Shown here in pieces: positions 12,601 to 25,888 of a DNA stretch of 64,000 nucleotides. The first letter of the stretch is position 1; each line of letters begins with the position of its first letter. Origin of the DNA: Ruditapes philippinarum (lineage: Eukaryota); the NCBI RefSeq assembly GCF_026571515.1, contig NW_026865813.1, positions 124,001 to 188,000 on the forward strand, read 5' to 3'. The notes beneath the pieces are model-generated. The model was not told the DNA's origin. It did no database searches and was given only the letters and a program-made list of their open reading frames with translations. The translations under genes were made by a program, and so were the position numbers.

Positions 12601-15600
12601 ATTAAATGATATGAGCTGTACTGAAATAGCTGTCATTGTTAGCTCGACTATTCGCAGAATAATCGAGCTAATGCAGTCACCAATTTGTCAGCGTCGGCAT
12701 CCCTGTGGTTAAGTTTTTGCGTGTAAGCTGGTATCTCCATAACTACTGAAGGGAATGGATTGAAACTTCACACACTTGTACTCTGCAATTATCTAACATG
12801 ACTGGCACAAGTCCCATAACTCTGATTTGCTTTTTTGCATAATTATGCCCCATTTTCGACTTAGAAATTCTTGGTTAAGTTTTTGCATGTAAGCTGGTAT
12901 CTCCATAACTACTGAAGGGAATGGATTGAAACTTCACACACTTGTTCTCTGTGATTATCTAACATGATTGGCACAAGTCCCATAACTCTGATTTGCTTTT
13001 TTGCATAATTATGCCCCTTTTTCGACTTAGAAATTCTTGGTTAAGTTTTTGCGTGTAAGCTGGTATCTCCATAACTACTGAAGGGAATGGATTGAAACTT
13101 CACACACTTGTTCTCTGTGATTATCTTACATGATTGGCACAAGTCCCATAACTCTTGATTTGATTTTTTTTTCATAATTATGCCCCTTTTTCGGCTTAGA
13201 AATTCTTGGTAAAGGTTTTGCTTGTAAGCTGGTATCTCCATAACTACTGAAGGGTTTGTGCCTTTTTTGGGACAATTTTATGCATTCATAATAATAAAGC
13301 AGTGATTTACTCGATAAAACATCTTAATAACAAGCCTTTGTACCTTTTCGGACAATTTTATGTATTCATATAGGTAAGCATTATTATACTCGATGAAACA
13401 CCCTTGTGACAACTTTGTGTCGAGCATAACTGTCCTCCAACAGTTCTTGTTATTTTAATAGGAGGAAATACAGGAGAGATTATTGATTCAAACAAAATTT
13501 GGCCTGTTTCAAGAGGTCAAGATTACAGGAAACAAATACCTTTGTAACATTTTTGATTCCGTTTTTTGTTTATGGGCAATATCTTCAGTAGTGATGCTGT
13601 AAGGAGGATGTGTCTTTATGAATTCTGCAAGTGACAAAAATTTGTCATCATTTTAAAAATTTACAGTTAACTATCCATTACTGAGTAAGTGGGATATGTT
13701 GCTTTTTTAGCTTGACTATTCGATAAGAATAAGTAGAGCTATTGCAGTCACCCGAGCGTCGGCGTCGGCGTAACCACTTATGTTAAAGTTTTTGTAATAG
13801 TTCAAATATTTTCAAAGTCCATTGACATATGGCTTTGAAACTTTGCACACTTGTTCACCATCATGACCCCAACCTGTAGACAGGAGGAGGTAACTCTATC
13901 AAGCATTTTGACAGAATTATGCCCCTTTTTCGACTTAGAATTTACGTTAAAGTTTTTGTAATAGTTCAAATATTTTCAAAGTCCATTGACATATGGCTTT
14001 GAAACTTTGCACACTTGTTCACCATCATGACCCCAACCTGTAGACAGGAGGAGGTAACTCTACCAAGCATTTTGACAGAATTATGCCCCTTTTTCGACTT
14101 AGAATTTACGTTAAAGTTTTTGTAATAGTTCAAATATTTTCAAAGTCCATAGACATATGGCTTTGAAACTTTGCACACTTGTTCAACATCATGACCCCAA
14201 CCTGTAGACAGCAGGAGGTAACTCTATTAAGCATTTTGACAGAATTATGCCCCTTTTTCGACTTAGAATTTACGTTAAAGTTTTTGTAATAGTTCAAATA
14301 TTTTCAAAGTCCATTGACATATGGCTTTGAAACTTTGCACACTTGTTCACCATCATGACCCCAACCTGTAAACAGGAGGAGGTAACTGTATCAGGCATTT
14401 TTTTTTACTATCAAGCACTAAGAATAGTCGAGCATGCTGTCCTACCGACAGCTCTTGTTAACAACTCTTGTTTAAAAATATTTGATTTGAAGGTACTACA
14501 AATGTATATTTTATTAAACTCTTCCAAATGTGAAGTTCAAGGTCATATTATGAACTGCATATAGGTCTAGTTTTCTATTATTTTATAAGCTTGTTATAAT
14601 TTTATTCCAGGAAGAGAAAGAAGAGTTACTTGCAAAGGCTGGGGAGGAACCAGAAGAAAAACCTGATGTAAAACAAGAAATGTTAAAGGCCCAGATAGAG
14701 AAAGAAAGAATGGAAAGAAAGTCTCATCTTAACGCATATAAAGTACAGAAAGAACTGGAGAGGGCACAAAAGGAGGAGAGAAAGTTACGAGAACAACTAG
14801 ATGAACAAAAGAAAAAACAGGAATGGAAAAGGAGACAGGTCTGTTGAATATGGAGCACTTGTATTATATAGAGCACTTGTGAATACTAGTTACTGGTTCT
14901 AATTAATATAGAAATGTTTTTAGTAGTGCCGAAATTGTCTAGGTCATGAAATCCTTATGATTTTTTTAGAACATATGAAAAAATCAACTCTAATTTTAGT
15001 TTAATAGTCAAATGTTTTAAGATTAATAAAAATTTGAAAAGATCAGGTGTGTGATTTAAGTTTAAAGTTTTCTGTAATTTAAAGAAAATTAGTTCATTAC
15101 TGACACATCTACAAAGACACTGCTTGCATATTTTGATATGCAAAGCAGCATGATAAAGTATACCTTTTCTTGGCTCTTGGCTTTGCGTTTTACATTTTCT
15201 TAACCTCGTTTCAATTTATTATCATACTGGTTTCCTTATTTGGAAAATAATAGTTTTCCGTAATGTGAAGATTTTCTGTACAGATTATAATATTTTAGTA
15301 ATTTTTTGTTTTTTAAAGATTAAATAAACTATGGGGTTATGGTTGTTGATTTCAAACCACTCACTGATCATCGTCACAGGTTTGAATTCTGCCATAGACT
15401 TTGGATTCTTTTGTGTGTGGAAGCTATCCAACAAGCTTACAGAGAGTTGATAGTTCTACTCCAGTGCCTTCTTATGCCTGGAATAATACACGGTGGGGCA
15501 CCTGAGGTCTTCCTCCACCAGTTAATCTGGTAAAGTGGCCATTTGGCCTTTAGTGTTGATGTGACGTAAAACCCAAACAACAACATTAAAAGCTATCAAA

Positions 15601-17692
15601 TATGGTGTTTTATTTATTCAAACAGGAGGAGTTGAAGGCCAAGGTCATGGTTCATAAGAAACAAAGAGAAGAAGAGGAATCTTACTTAGAAATGCAGAAG
15701 AAAATGTGGGAGGAGGAAGAAAAAGAGAGACAAAAACAAATATCCTCGAGAGAAATTGCTAAATTTAGACAAAGGGTTTGTAGAATAACTTCTTATAAAG
15801 ATAACAGATGAAGGCAATGATAATTTCACTGTTAAAATGAAGAATTATACTAATATCATGTAATAAAAAATGACTTGTATTTTTAATAGGGTTACTTCAG
15901 ATGCTTAGACTTTTACTTTGATAAAGAAATCTGTTTTGACAATAACCATTGCAATGCTTGATTTGGCGTGGTATGATCTGTAATGTGTCAGTATGTTGTT
16001 AAACCCGAAGAAACAACCAAACAAAACATGAATATGGACTTGTTCATTATGTTTTATAAAAGATTGCAGTATCATAAGTACTTGAATTCAGCAGGTAAAT
16101 ATACATTTTATCACCACAAAAAATCAAACTGTTCCATAGTTTTAGATTATTTTTTAAATTGAATTGTGGATTTGAAACCAATAGTTCACATAGTTCAAAT
16201 AATTTATAGATAAATTAAATAAACAACATCTTTTTATACAGGATGAAACTGCATTGTATCAAAAACTTGCAAAAGAAAAAGAGAAAGAAGAAGCCTTGAA
16301 AGAAAAGGAGCGCAGACTTGCAATGTTAAAAAGTCAGGTACGGTAGAGTTATTTATTTTTCTCTTGTTTTGAGAATTTTACAATTATTATAACATATGTA
16401 AATACTCTAACCTGTGCTTTAAAGGCATTTTTGTGGATGTCCAACTTATCCTGGACTTTTTTCACTGATAGAGGAAGAGGCCCTTCACTTTTAGTTCGGA
16501 AAAAATAATGTGGTATTTTTGCAAATAGGGACAAAAAACTTGTTTTAAACAACTGAAGAATATAATGCTGCTATTTTAAGCAGGGTTTAAACCATTTTAC
16601 AATGATATTGGCACTTTTCACTTTAAAGGAAATAAACTAGCATTTTTTTTTCAATATTAAAACAATAACAATAATTTTTGCAGCAAATATAAAGCTGCAT
16701 ACTCGTTATAGACAACAAAAGTCACTTTACAATTATTTTGTATCCTGACAAAGGTATGAACTGAATACTTGTACTGATGTATAGTAAATAAGTAACCTGT
16801 ATAAACAACTCTTTATATAACAGGTAGAAGTTGAGGTGGAGAGAGATCCTAACAGATTGTTAAAGCCGACAGCTGGTTGGAAAAATCGTAAGAAGGATAA
16901 AAGTTCAGCTGGAGGTCAGGTGCTACCCAATATGATGCCTCACAGGTAGTGGCTGTTTTATTTCTAAGTGTAGAAAATACTAAAGTGGTGAACTTTTGTG
17001 AATGTTGTATCGCTTTTATGCTATCTTTGACCTTTTATATCCACAATTTTATTAAACAGCATCTCCTCTCAGACTATTTGGAAAACTTTAAAACCCTCAA
17101 AATCTGGAAGTAAGAAATTTTGGCATGTATCATATATAGTAGAGCTTCACAAAAGTTATTTTTCTCATGTTTCTAGTGTATTTTATATAGTCTTTATATT
17201 GTAAAAGCAACTTGTAATATTACTGAATCTTAAGTTCAGAGAAAAGACACATTTATAAAATGACCCTGCCTTTAAAGTTTTATGTTGACATTGTATAAAC
17301 ATGTATTACAGTAGAATCATTAATCTTACATAAGCTTCCTGGATATATTCCTCACATGAATAAGTCCTCGGTGCCTAGTGGCATTTGAACCTACATTTAA
17401 GAGAGGCCAGTTATTTGATGTCCAAGACCATATGAACATGGCCACAAAGAGTGCTAGCTTTTTCTTTAGGAAGTATTCTTGTATTGAAGGGAAAATACCA
17501 GAAAAGAAGCGAAAATGATGTGTCAGAGAAAGATGTCCCGACAACATTTTATTTAAACACCTATAAATATATATAATTTTTTTGTGAACAACATAACAAC
17601 ATCTGAAATAAATAAGCATCTTTCAGAATGTGTATTGAGTGAGTATTTCTATCTATTTCAGAGCGGTTCCAGCATGGAGACAAGGTCCTTGA
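6656..17692 (+). CDS. CCDC112: Coiled-coil domain-containing protein 112, ~486 aa, 13 exons
   Basis: Exons 6656-6676, 8541-8638, 9155-9276, 9594-9683, 10475-10550, 11278-11467, 12017-12103, 12441-12590, 14611-14838, 15626-15775, 16242-16337, 16824-16945, 17662-17692 (1461 nt, continuous frame). Motifs SKRSDFRHD, LRDVQPTPEFVERLK, GGWDEYDHQTFLK, HEEWYQEY, RDPNRLLKPTAGW and PHRAVPAWRQG match CCDC112 as I recall it. Confidence 0.92.
7280..7700. mobile_element. Putative non-autonomous element with long subterminal hairpins (Crypton-like, tentative)
   Basis: Imperfect inverted arms of ~50 bp at 7293-7423. A second hairpin, cttgtcttaca...tgtaagacagg, lies near 7618-7646. No TSD evident. Confidence 0.45.
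7958..8150 (+). mobile_element. tRNA-derived SINE (family A)
   Basis: A box TGGCCTAGTGG, B box GGTTCGAGCC, and a body (ggttggttc.aggaa...aatcaa..aaataaat) shared with 26441-26646. Confidence 0.8.
12229..12456 (+). repeat. ~33-bp tandem array (~7 copies) containing the CCDC112 exon-8 acceptor
   Basis: Unit ~tatttattattgtAG|GGTAAACCTGTTTTCT; the last copy is the true exon start at 12441. Confidence 0.85.
12638..13451 (-). mobile_element. HINE-type element with three 166-bp repeats
   Basis: Terminal palindrome agctcgactattc..gaataatcgagct; ggttaagtttttgc at 12707, 12873 and 13039; other end gtcgagc..ctgtc...acagttcttgtt. Confidence 0.8.
13703..14459 (-). mobile_element. HINE-type element with four near-identical 164-bp repeats
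   Basis: Same termini family as 12638-13451; (gcgtcg)n microsatellite; ttatgccccttttt repeated at 164-bp spacing (~13917, 14081, 14245). Confidence 0.85.
15335..15582 (+). mobile_element. tRNA-derived SINE (family B), degenerate
   Basis: Body gtg.ggaagc.atcca...aataa..cacgg.ggggcacctg.ggtcttcctccacca is shared with 22606-22830 (-) and 60702-60976 (+). Confidence 0.7.
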
Positions 17693-18266
17693 GAGCCTAG
17701 ACTTGGCGCATTCAATCTACTTTAGGATATTGGAGCCAGTTGTCACACTGGAAAAAGAAAGACCAGAAGATTAGCATTAGCAAAAACTCGGCAAAGGTTT
17801 TACTGCACAAAGTAGAGGCTCAAAACAGAGCTCTGTTCAGGCATGGAGACAATGCCATTGAAAGCTTCAAAATTGAACATCGTGTGAACAATAGTAAAAC
17901 ATAGTATAATAATGTCTTGTGATCTTTATTCTCAAAATACAATGTACGTCAGAATGTTAAAAAATGTTGACAAGCTTATCACATTGAATAAAGTAAATAT
18001 GTTGAGAAACAGGGCTGAGTTTGATCAGAACAGGAACAAGACAGTGGACACAGTGTTGGGTGTAGCATTCTTTAATCGGTGAAGTGTATTCACAGATGTT
18101 GTACTGCAAGAGTAGTATTATTAATTTAACATGTCATATGGTTATTTATTTCTTTTTCTTCTTTTTTGTCGAACTTATTTTCATTTGTACATACAAGGAT
18201 GTAATTAATTATCTATAAATGCTTGAAACAAAGTTTTAACTGTAAAAAATTTAAAGATTATGCTTT

Positions 18267-18770
18267 TGTTTCTATTTAAATTTTACACAATTGAAATAGG
18301 ATATGGTTATGCTTAATTTATTCCCTAAATTTAATGTACCTATAAGATTTCCTCTATTCCAAATTTCAGAATTAGACATATCTGTTGAATTTATATAAAC
18401 TAGTAGTTTGACCAAATGCTTAAACTGATTTAACATTTTTCCTTGAATCAATGCAATTGAATTGTGTTATAATAAATTTTTTTATTACAAATAGGGCTTT
18501 GTTATTTTTCGCTTTCGAGCAAATGTTAAAGATAATAGATATAGTTTCTATTAAAATTACCAATTGAAATAGGATCATGGTTTAGTCATTTTATTCCCTA
18601 AAATTAATGTACCTATTAAGACTTTACCTCTATTTCCAACATGTTCTAGAATTGAGACAATATCTGTGTTTAATAAACTAGTAGTGCCATAATGCTTGAG
18701 AACTGATTTAACATTTTTCCTTGAATCACATAGCAATTGAATTTTTTAATAATTTATTTTATTACATACA
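18267..18770 (+). repeat. Imperfect ~280-bp tandem duplication downstream of CCDC112
   Basis: ~18267-18492 and ~18545-18770 align, differing mainly by 1-2 nt indels. Confidence 0.75.
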
Positions 18771-20909
18771 TTGTTTTGTTGAAATATTAAGATTCTTTGA
18801 TTTTAAAAGGGTTACTTCTGTTCTAAAATGCTTAAGGAAATAAAATCAATTGAAAAACTTGAATTTGTTAGTATTTTGAGTATCGTCATTTATTAGGACA
18901 GTATGAAACCAGATCAAGCAGTCTTTGACTCAGACCAGCTAGATATGTATGAGCTCTGATTTAAACATATGAAATGGTTACGACCATATTTATTCCACCG
19001 ATGTGGAAGTATTATTGCCGTTTCTGCCAGAATCTACTAGCAGAAATTTCAACTGCTTGAATTGTAATTTAGTGGACTTGTCCTGGTCAAGGCAGTGTAG
19101 TTAATCTAATTTTGGTACCAAACGTCCTGTATACAAGGTATAAACACGTTTGACATCTATAATATGTCACATTAAAGCCATTTTCGTCCAACACCTCTGA
19201 AAAGCTTGGAACATCTACACAAATGCCCAAAAGGTCAGCGTCCCATATAGAACGTACATCCATGACAAATCCCTTACTAGTATATTCTAAGAAGTTTATG
19301 TTGTAAAGAACAACAACGTAAAGAAGAAAAATTTCAATTGGTATTGTGCTTCAAAATCTTTTTAAAATTCACCATCCTGTATGCATATGGAAAATTCACA
19401 ATGTAATTTGAATAACTATCATATGCTTGTATATGTAAAACATGCTTAAATAAAAACCAGATAAGGACTTCAAAGGATAAAATGTTCGCTTATGATAAAT
19501 TTGCAACAGGACTGATATTACATACATACAAACACGTGCAATATTTTTCTCCTTAAAAAAAATACATAGTAGTCATGGCGATTTGGAAAACGTATCAAAA
19601 ATTAATGATTTATGAATAAAGCACGCTCTATTTGAATGGAATTGGATCGAGTGCCAAAAAAAAAAAAAATCACCGCAACCTCTGGGTCAATGGAGTGGTT
19701 CCAGATATAACCGAACCTGCATTAAAGAGGGGGGCGGGTAACGGATAATAGGACCTACTTCATCCTTCATGGTATATTTTACCAAAGTTTTCCTAAATTT
19801 AAAGCCTCCTCTATTCTCCGGGGTTGCATAGGTTTGAAACGTCAGGTGTTTCAAATATAAGTGATTCCCAATTTAACTATGAATGGTAAAGTGCATAGAA
19901 AACTAACTTACTAATATGCTGATCTCCACTTAGTAGTATTGTCCAGAATTTATCCGTACAAAAAATACAGTTGGAAAGGAGCTACACCGAGCCAAAAAAA
20001 ATCTTATAACAACTGGAGCACTTTGGGAAAATATGAAAAGGATGATAAAGAATTATACCAAAAGTCAATTTTAAGTTCGATTGAGTTAAAAGCGTTCAAA
20101 CGCTTATCATTTAGGTCATTTTGCACAAATAAAATTATTCTTATCATTCTGGAGAATGATCTGAACCTTTCCACGCATGCAGGTTATCGGAACAATTCAA
20201 ATACATATAAACACGTATTAAGTCCCGTCATGTCGGAGCCCTTTTACAGGACATAACTTTGGTAGAAAAAGCACTGAATATGAACATAACGCTACTATAT
20301 TGGTAATAAATCTTCCTATGAGTGTTAGTTTGGGCACTTAGAAAAATTCGAGATAGACAGACGAAAGGGTGGACGAGAGTCCGGCGAACGTAAGAAGCGA
20401 CAGCTATATTCATCCCCACTGTGAGGATTTTATTTTATTTATAAAAACTGATTTTATATACATCTAGTATTTAGCGCTACTTGCGATGTACAAAACCCCA
20501 TCAATCAAAGTTGTGATTCGTTGAATAATCTTAATTTGTCACATACATTGGTTAAATTAATTTCAATTCTGATTCATATATAGTTCATCATCATGAAATT
20601 AGTGACCATTATTGAATAAAGTTTGTTTACTTGTGTATTTGAATGCCTTTCGGCAGTTTTTATTGAATATATGTAATAACCACTTCCGCATACATTGTAC
20701 AAGTAAATGAAGACTTGTTCTCGGCAAATACTAGAATTTTTTTCATGTTGAGTTTAAACTCTATAAGTCGGGGAAATAAACGTGTGACATGAGGTGTTAT
20801 ATGAATACATTGGAAAATACTTAATATTGATTTAAAAAACTAAACGATAAAACTAAAACATTCAAGTAGCATCTTTCGCTCGTACATAAAAAAATAAGGA
20901 CTTACAATT

Positions 20910-22077
20910 ATGTGGATAAAATTTGTAGCGTTTCTCTCTTGTTGTATAATAATTTCTGCTTACCCTAACGGACCACCAAAAAGCGTGTGTAAAGACGGGA
21001 TGCCAGTTCATGTAAAAGATGGACGACATATATCCTCCTCAAAATATATCTAGCCCTTTCATCATAGACGTCAATACGACTGTTATTCGACCGGGAGAAA
21101 CCATTCGGGTCAAAGTTCGCAGCAACAAGGGCGAAATGTTTCGCGGTCTTTTTCTCCAGGTTCATCCGATTCCAAATTCCGCAAATGACGAAGTTAAATA
21201 TGAAGCCGCTGGTCTTTTCGATAGAAAGTTAAAAAATGTGAAGATCATGACGTGCAGAATACTTTTAGACACGTTGACTCATAAAGATCCATTTATGAAA
21301 ATAGAAGCTTCTTTTGATTGGAGAGCTCCCTTATATCTTACACGGAATCTTGTTGTCAGGGCGACAATTTTGAAGAATTTCGACACATATTGGCATAATG
21401 TTATGTCGCCGAAAATAACTGTGATAAAAGACGAAATATCCGAAGTTAAATCTTTGGAGAAACCTTGGCTAAAAGAAATTATTAAAACTATTAAATCTGA
21501 ATACGACGTCAGTGCTAGACGTGATATTGTAAGAGCACGATTTGAACGCGGTTTCAGACAAGCCATAGATCGTAACGGTATTGTTATGGTTAATTTTGTA
21601 ACCAATTTACTACCGTTTGAAGACAGTCATGTCCCTAGAGCTCTAAATTCTAATCAATCTGTATATTTGAAAGGTGAACCCATACAAGCAGTTTCGTTAA
21701 GTGATACTTCAAATGTTACACTGTCAACGAATGATACTAATGACATATCTCAATCAGCAGAAAATGAAAATACTACTGACATAAATTCTATTGAAAAAGT
21801 CCCTGTCGAGGAGGCTGGAGAGAATATAACCGCCGCTGAAGTTGCAACAAATGTTGAGAGTAGCTTAGACTGGGATACCGACAACGGAGAGGAGTTTAAT
21901 GATGAAGATATAGATTTTGATCACAATGTTGCGGGTTTATTTAACGAGACATTTGACATGTCTCACGAGAAGAATACGCCCATGATGGAACAATATTATG
22001 AAGTTCTTGTGAAAAGTTTGTTAAAAGGGGACGAAATGGTGGCGGATACACTAAGTGAACTCTTAGAAAATAACTAA
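20910..22077 (+). CDS. Intronless secreted Reeler-domain protein with acidic/Thr-Asn-rich tail; one frameshift near 21012-21034 in this sequence
   Basis: ATG 20910 gives a signal peptide plus Reeler start, MWIKFVAFLSCCIIISA-YPNGPPKSVCKDGMPVH, then stops at 21051. The +1 frame (ORF 21019-22077) continues PPQNISSPF...FRGLFLQV...AGLF...C....TLTH...FDWRAP...VRATILKNFDTYW, which is typical Reeler. Confidence 0.85.
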
Positions 22078-22605
22078 AACCCTCCATTAATATATTTGTC
22101 AAATAAATGGAATATACACGCTATAAACATTTTTTCTCTTGAAAATTTAGCCAGTGGAATTGCCTCTCGAACTATCTATGGTAACGTAAAGGGATTAGAT
22201 AGAATTGAAGTTGTGATATAAAATTTACTGATTAAAGTTTTAAAAGTCCAATCATACCGCTGGAATGTAACAGACTTGCATGTCTCCATCTATACTAGGG
22301 ATATGGGCCTTTCATCATATTGTTGAAACAGTAATTAACAAGCAATTAAATGTCTTCCTCAAGTAAATATCGTTCTTGTCACTTAAACCAGTCACATCAA
22401 TATACATGGATAATGTTCTATTTCTAACTGAAACTCACTGCTTCAAAAATGTTTTTTTTTCTACTCATCAAAATGAATTAACTTTTTTTTAAATGGTACG
22501 TTATAATATCTTGTTACTATCATTTATTTTATTTATTTTTTTGTAATAAACGACATTGGACAATGCAATCTGATATAAGATCAGATCTTCTTATAAAGTG
22601 TTTTT

Positions 22606-22830
22606 GTTCGGTTTTACATCGCAGCAGCACAGAAGAGATCAAAAGGCGAGTTTCCAGCTTTACTGGCAGAGGAAGACCTCAAGTGCCCCTCCGTGCATTA
22701 TTTCAGGCCCGAGTAAAACAACTGACGTTCCGTTAGCTAGCTGGATAGCTTAGATTCCTAACATGAAAAATTCCCTTTCCAGACGGGATCTGAGCCCACA
22801 GAGGTGTGGGGCAAATTGTTTGAACTCAAC
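22606..22830 (-). mobile_element. tRNA-derived SINE (family B)
   Basis: Reverse complement of the family B body (gaggaagacctcaagtgcccctccgtgcattatttcagg). Confidence 0.7.
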
Positions 22831-23815
22831 GGTCAAAAGGCACACATGGTATCTATATGTAATTATTTTAAGGACACACGGTAAGTTTTAATTAATATAT
22901 AACAACCTGAAAAGCCTGTGCGTTTGAAATTAAGAGGGTACGTAATATAATCCCGATACAACACTGGCCAATCCTGCATAAGATTTAAGAGGAAAAAGCA
23001 CGACCTTTTTTGGCACATTTGTTTAAGTATGATTTATTAAAATTTTTATTTAAGATCCATATTGTTAAAACCACATTCGGATCAGTTTCCTGGAATTCAC
23101 TAGAACTGGTGGGGTTATTTTCATGACCCATCTGACTTAAGTTCAGATTTATTTTAGTTATTTCTTGCATGTAGTGTCTTAAGAGGCAGACACCTCAACC
23201 ACCAGACGACACTTTCCTTCTACTGGCCTACCAGTATTTTATCATGCTTGACACTTTGTTGGGAAAAGAGGAAGCTGACTTCTTTAGCTAAGGTATTCCA
23301 TGTATTAAAAGAAATGGCCACATGTACCAGCTTAGTAATAAGCTTACTCTTTATCAAAATTTGACTATACATGTATATAAATAGACTGCTTACATAATTT
23401 GGCCTGGAAAAACTAAACTTAATGTCAGTGGGGAATGTGTTTAAATCTTAGCATTCTAGTGACAAATATATGAGAACATGCTGCAACATTCAACTAGCAT
23501 TGAAAGACGATTTGTAATAGTGTTTTTGAAATTATAAGAAATTGTTTTAAATAAATAAAATGATGGCATTGATGATTTGACTTTTAAAACTTCAAAAACA
23601 ATGAAAAACACTTAATCTTATTATTCAACTTTAATTATATTTGTTATGCATTTGATAATTTATTACAATTATAATGAACACTGCTAAACTAATTAAATTG
23701 TTTTTAATGATAATTTGGTTGATAATTGATCTGAACAAATAAAAAAAATGTCTTATCAAACTTATTTCAAACTTATTTACTTATAAAGGTTAATTTGATA
23801 CATAATTATAAATCA

Positions 23816-25250
23816 AACAAGAGCTGTCGGTAGGACAGCATGCTCGACTATTCTAAGTGCTTGATAGTAAAAGAGCCTAATGTTCAATTTTTTAAGTTCA
23901 CAAAAGGGCTAATTTTTTTTATAAATTCATGTTTTAGGCCTTTGTCTAATTATACAGTATTGGCTTGACTATTCGGAAGGTAATGTCACAAGGGTGTTTT
24001 ATTGAGTATAATAATACTAATTACCTATGAATACATAAATTTGACAGAAATGGTACAAAGGCTTGTTATTAAGATGTTTTATGCAGTAAATCACTGCTTT
24101 ATTATTATGAATCCATAAAATTGTCCCAAAAAAGGCACAAACCCTTCAGTAGTTATTGAGAAAACAGCTTACAAGCAAAACTTTACCATGAATTTCTAAG
24201 TTGAAAAAGGGGAGAAAAATCAGCCTAAATGCAAGATAGAATTATGGATCTTTGTCAGTGACCTACAATTATGACCCTAAATGCATATGTGAAGTTTTAA
24301 ATAAATATCTTTAAAAGTTATTGAGATATGTAAAACTTGCATGTAAACATTAACCAAGAGACTAAGTAGAAAAGGGGATATGAATCAGCCTTAATGCAAG
24401 ATAGAGTTATGGAACTTGGTCAGTGACATACAATTATGACCCTCCAATTATGACCCTAATTGCATGTGTAAAGTTTCAAGTAAATATCTTTGAAGACCTT
24501 TAACCAAAATTTCTAAGTTTCAAAGGGGCAAATAATTCTGCAAATATTGCTGGCAGAGTTATGCAATTTTGCAAACTGATGTACATTGTTACTATGAAAA
24601 AGTGTTTTAAATTTCAATTGAATATCTCAAGCAATAATTGAGATATTTGACTTTACAAAAAAACTTTAACCAAAATTTCTAAGTTCCAAAGGGGCATAAT
24701 TCTGTCAATATTGTAGGCAGAGTTATCCAACTTGTCAATCTGATGAACCTTGTTACTATAAATAAGTATTGTAAGTTTCAATTGAATATCTCAAGCAATA
24801 ATTGAGATATTTGACTTTACAAAAAACTTTAACCAAAATTTCTAAGTTAAAAAGGGCCATAATTCTGTCAATATTGTAGGCAGAGTTATCCAACTTGTCA
24901 ATCTGATGTACCTTGTTACTATAAATAAGTATTGTAAGTTTCAATTGAATATCTCAAGCAATAATTGAGATATTTGACTTTACAAAAAAACTTTAACCAA
25001 AATTTCTAAGTTAAAAAGGGGCATAATTCTGTCAATATTGTAGGCAGAGTTATCCAACTTGTCAATCTGATGTATATTGTTACTATAAATAAGTATTGTA
25101 AGTTTCAATTGAATATCTCAAGTAATAATTGAGATATTTGACTTTACAAAAAACTTTAACCAACGCAGACGCCGACGCGGACGCTGACGCCGACGCCGAC
25201 GCCGGGGCGACTACAATAGCTCTCATATTCTTCGAATAGTCGAGCTAAAA
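23816..25250 (+). mobile_element. Composite HINE-type element containing several monomer types (last four ~164 bp)
   Basis: The 5' end is the reverse complement of 14405-14459. 23985-24160 is the reverse complement of ~13240-13412. It ends in (gacgcc)n and the palindrome agctctcatattcttcgaatagtcgagct. Confidence 0.85.
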
Positions 25251-25314
25251 ACAAAAGTTCATTATTCATCAATTTTAATGGAGCATAATAATACATTAGA
25301 AACCTATGAAACAA

Positions 25315-25451
25315 GGGATTTTGTCCGGGTAGGTAAGGGGATTTTTTCCAGCCTTGCAAAAACATGAAGGGGATTATGTCCACCCATGGAGGGGATTTTG
25401 TCCGGGTATGCGAAGGGGACTTTATCCGAAGGGGGATTATGTCCGTACACC
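25315..25451 (+). repeat. Short-period GGGGATTTTGTCC array, probably subterminal repeats of a DNA transposon remnant
   Basis: About 6 copies of ggggatt(t/a)tgtcc ending in gtacacc. Confidence 0.5.
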
Positions 25452-25888
25452 GATACAACATATACTTGAAATAAATGTAAGGAAATAACTGTCATGAAAG
25501 GAATGACTGACATATAAATACGAATTTCATTACGCACAGCAAATACCATGACATGTATTAAATATACAAATATATGTTGAATAAATTCCTTTTAATGCTT
25601 CAATTGTAAACTAAATAAAAATATAAAAACATACTGTAACTTGTTATCTTTCTCAAATGTACAAAAACGACTATCAAAGCAGCCTTATTTTTGTTTCTTA
25701 GTAAGTTTTCTCAGAGTTGAAAAATTATGAAGTAATCTCCTGGGTGAATTCTGTAGGTGCATGACCTAGAGATAAATTCTATACACTCGTGTGACCTGGA
25801 TGATTCTGCAACATCACTGTGGCATGGATAAATTTTGTACCCTCATGTGGCCTGGATAGATTCTGTATACTCGAGTGATCCTTAATTT

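Noticed and set aside
21279-21605. Antisense ORFs (also 45164-45574, 63581-63838, 26766-27089)
   Set aside because: Shadows of real coding exons on the opposite strand, with no independent motifs.
25755-25880. ~30-bp repeats as a coding extension of METTL25B
   Set aside because: They lie after the TGA at 25889-25891, so they are 3' UTR repeats.
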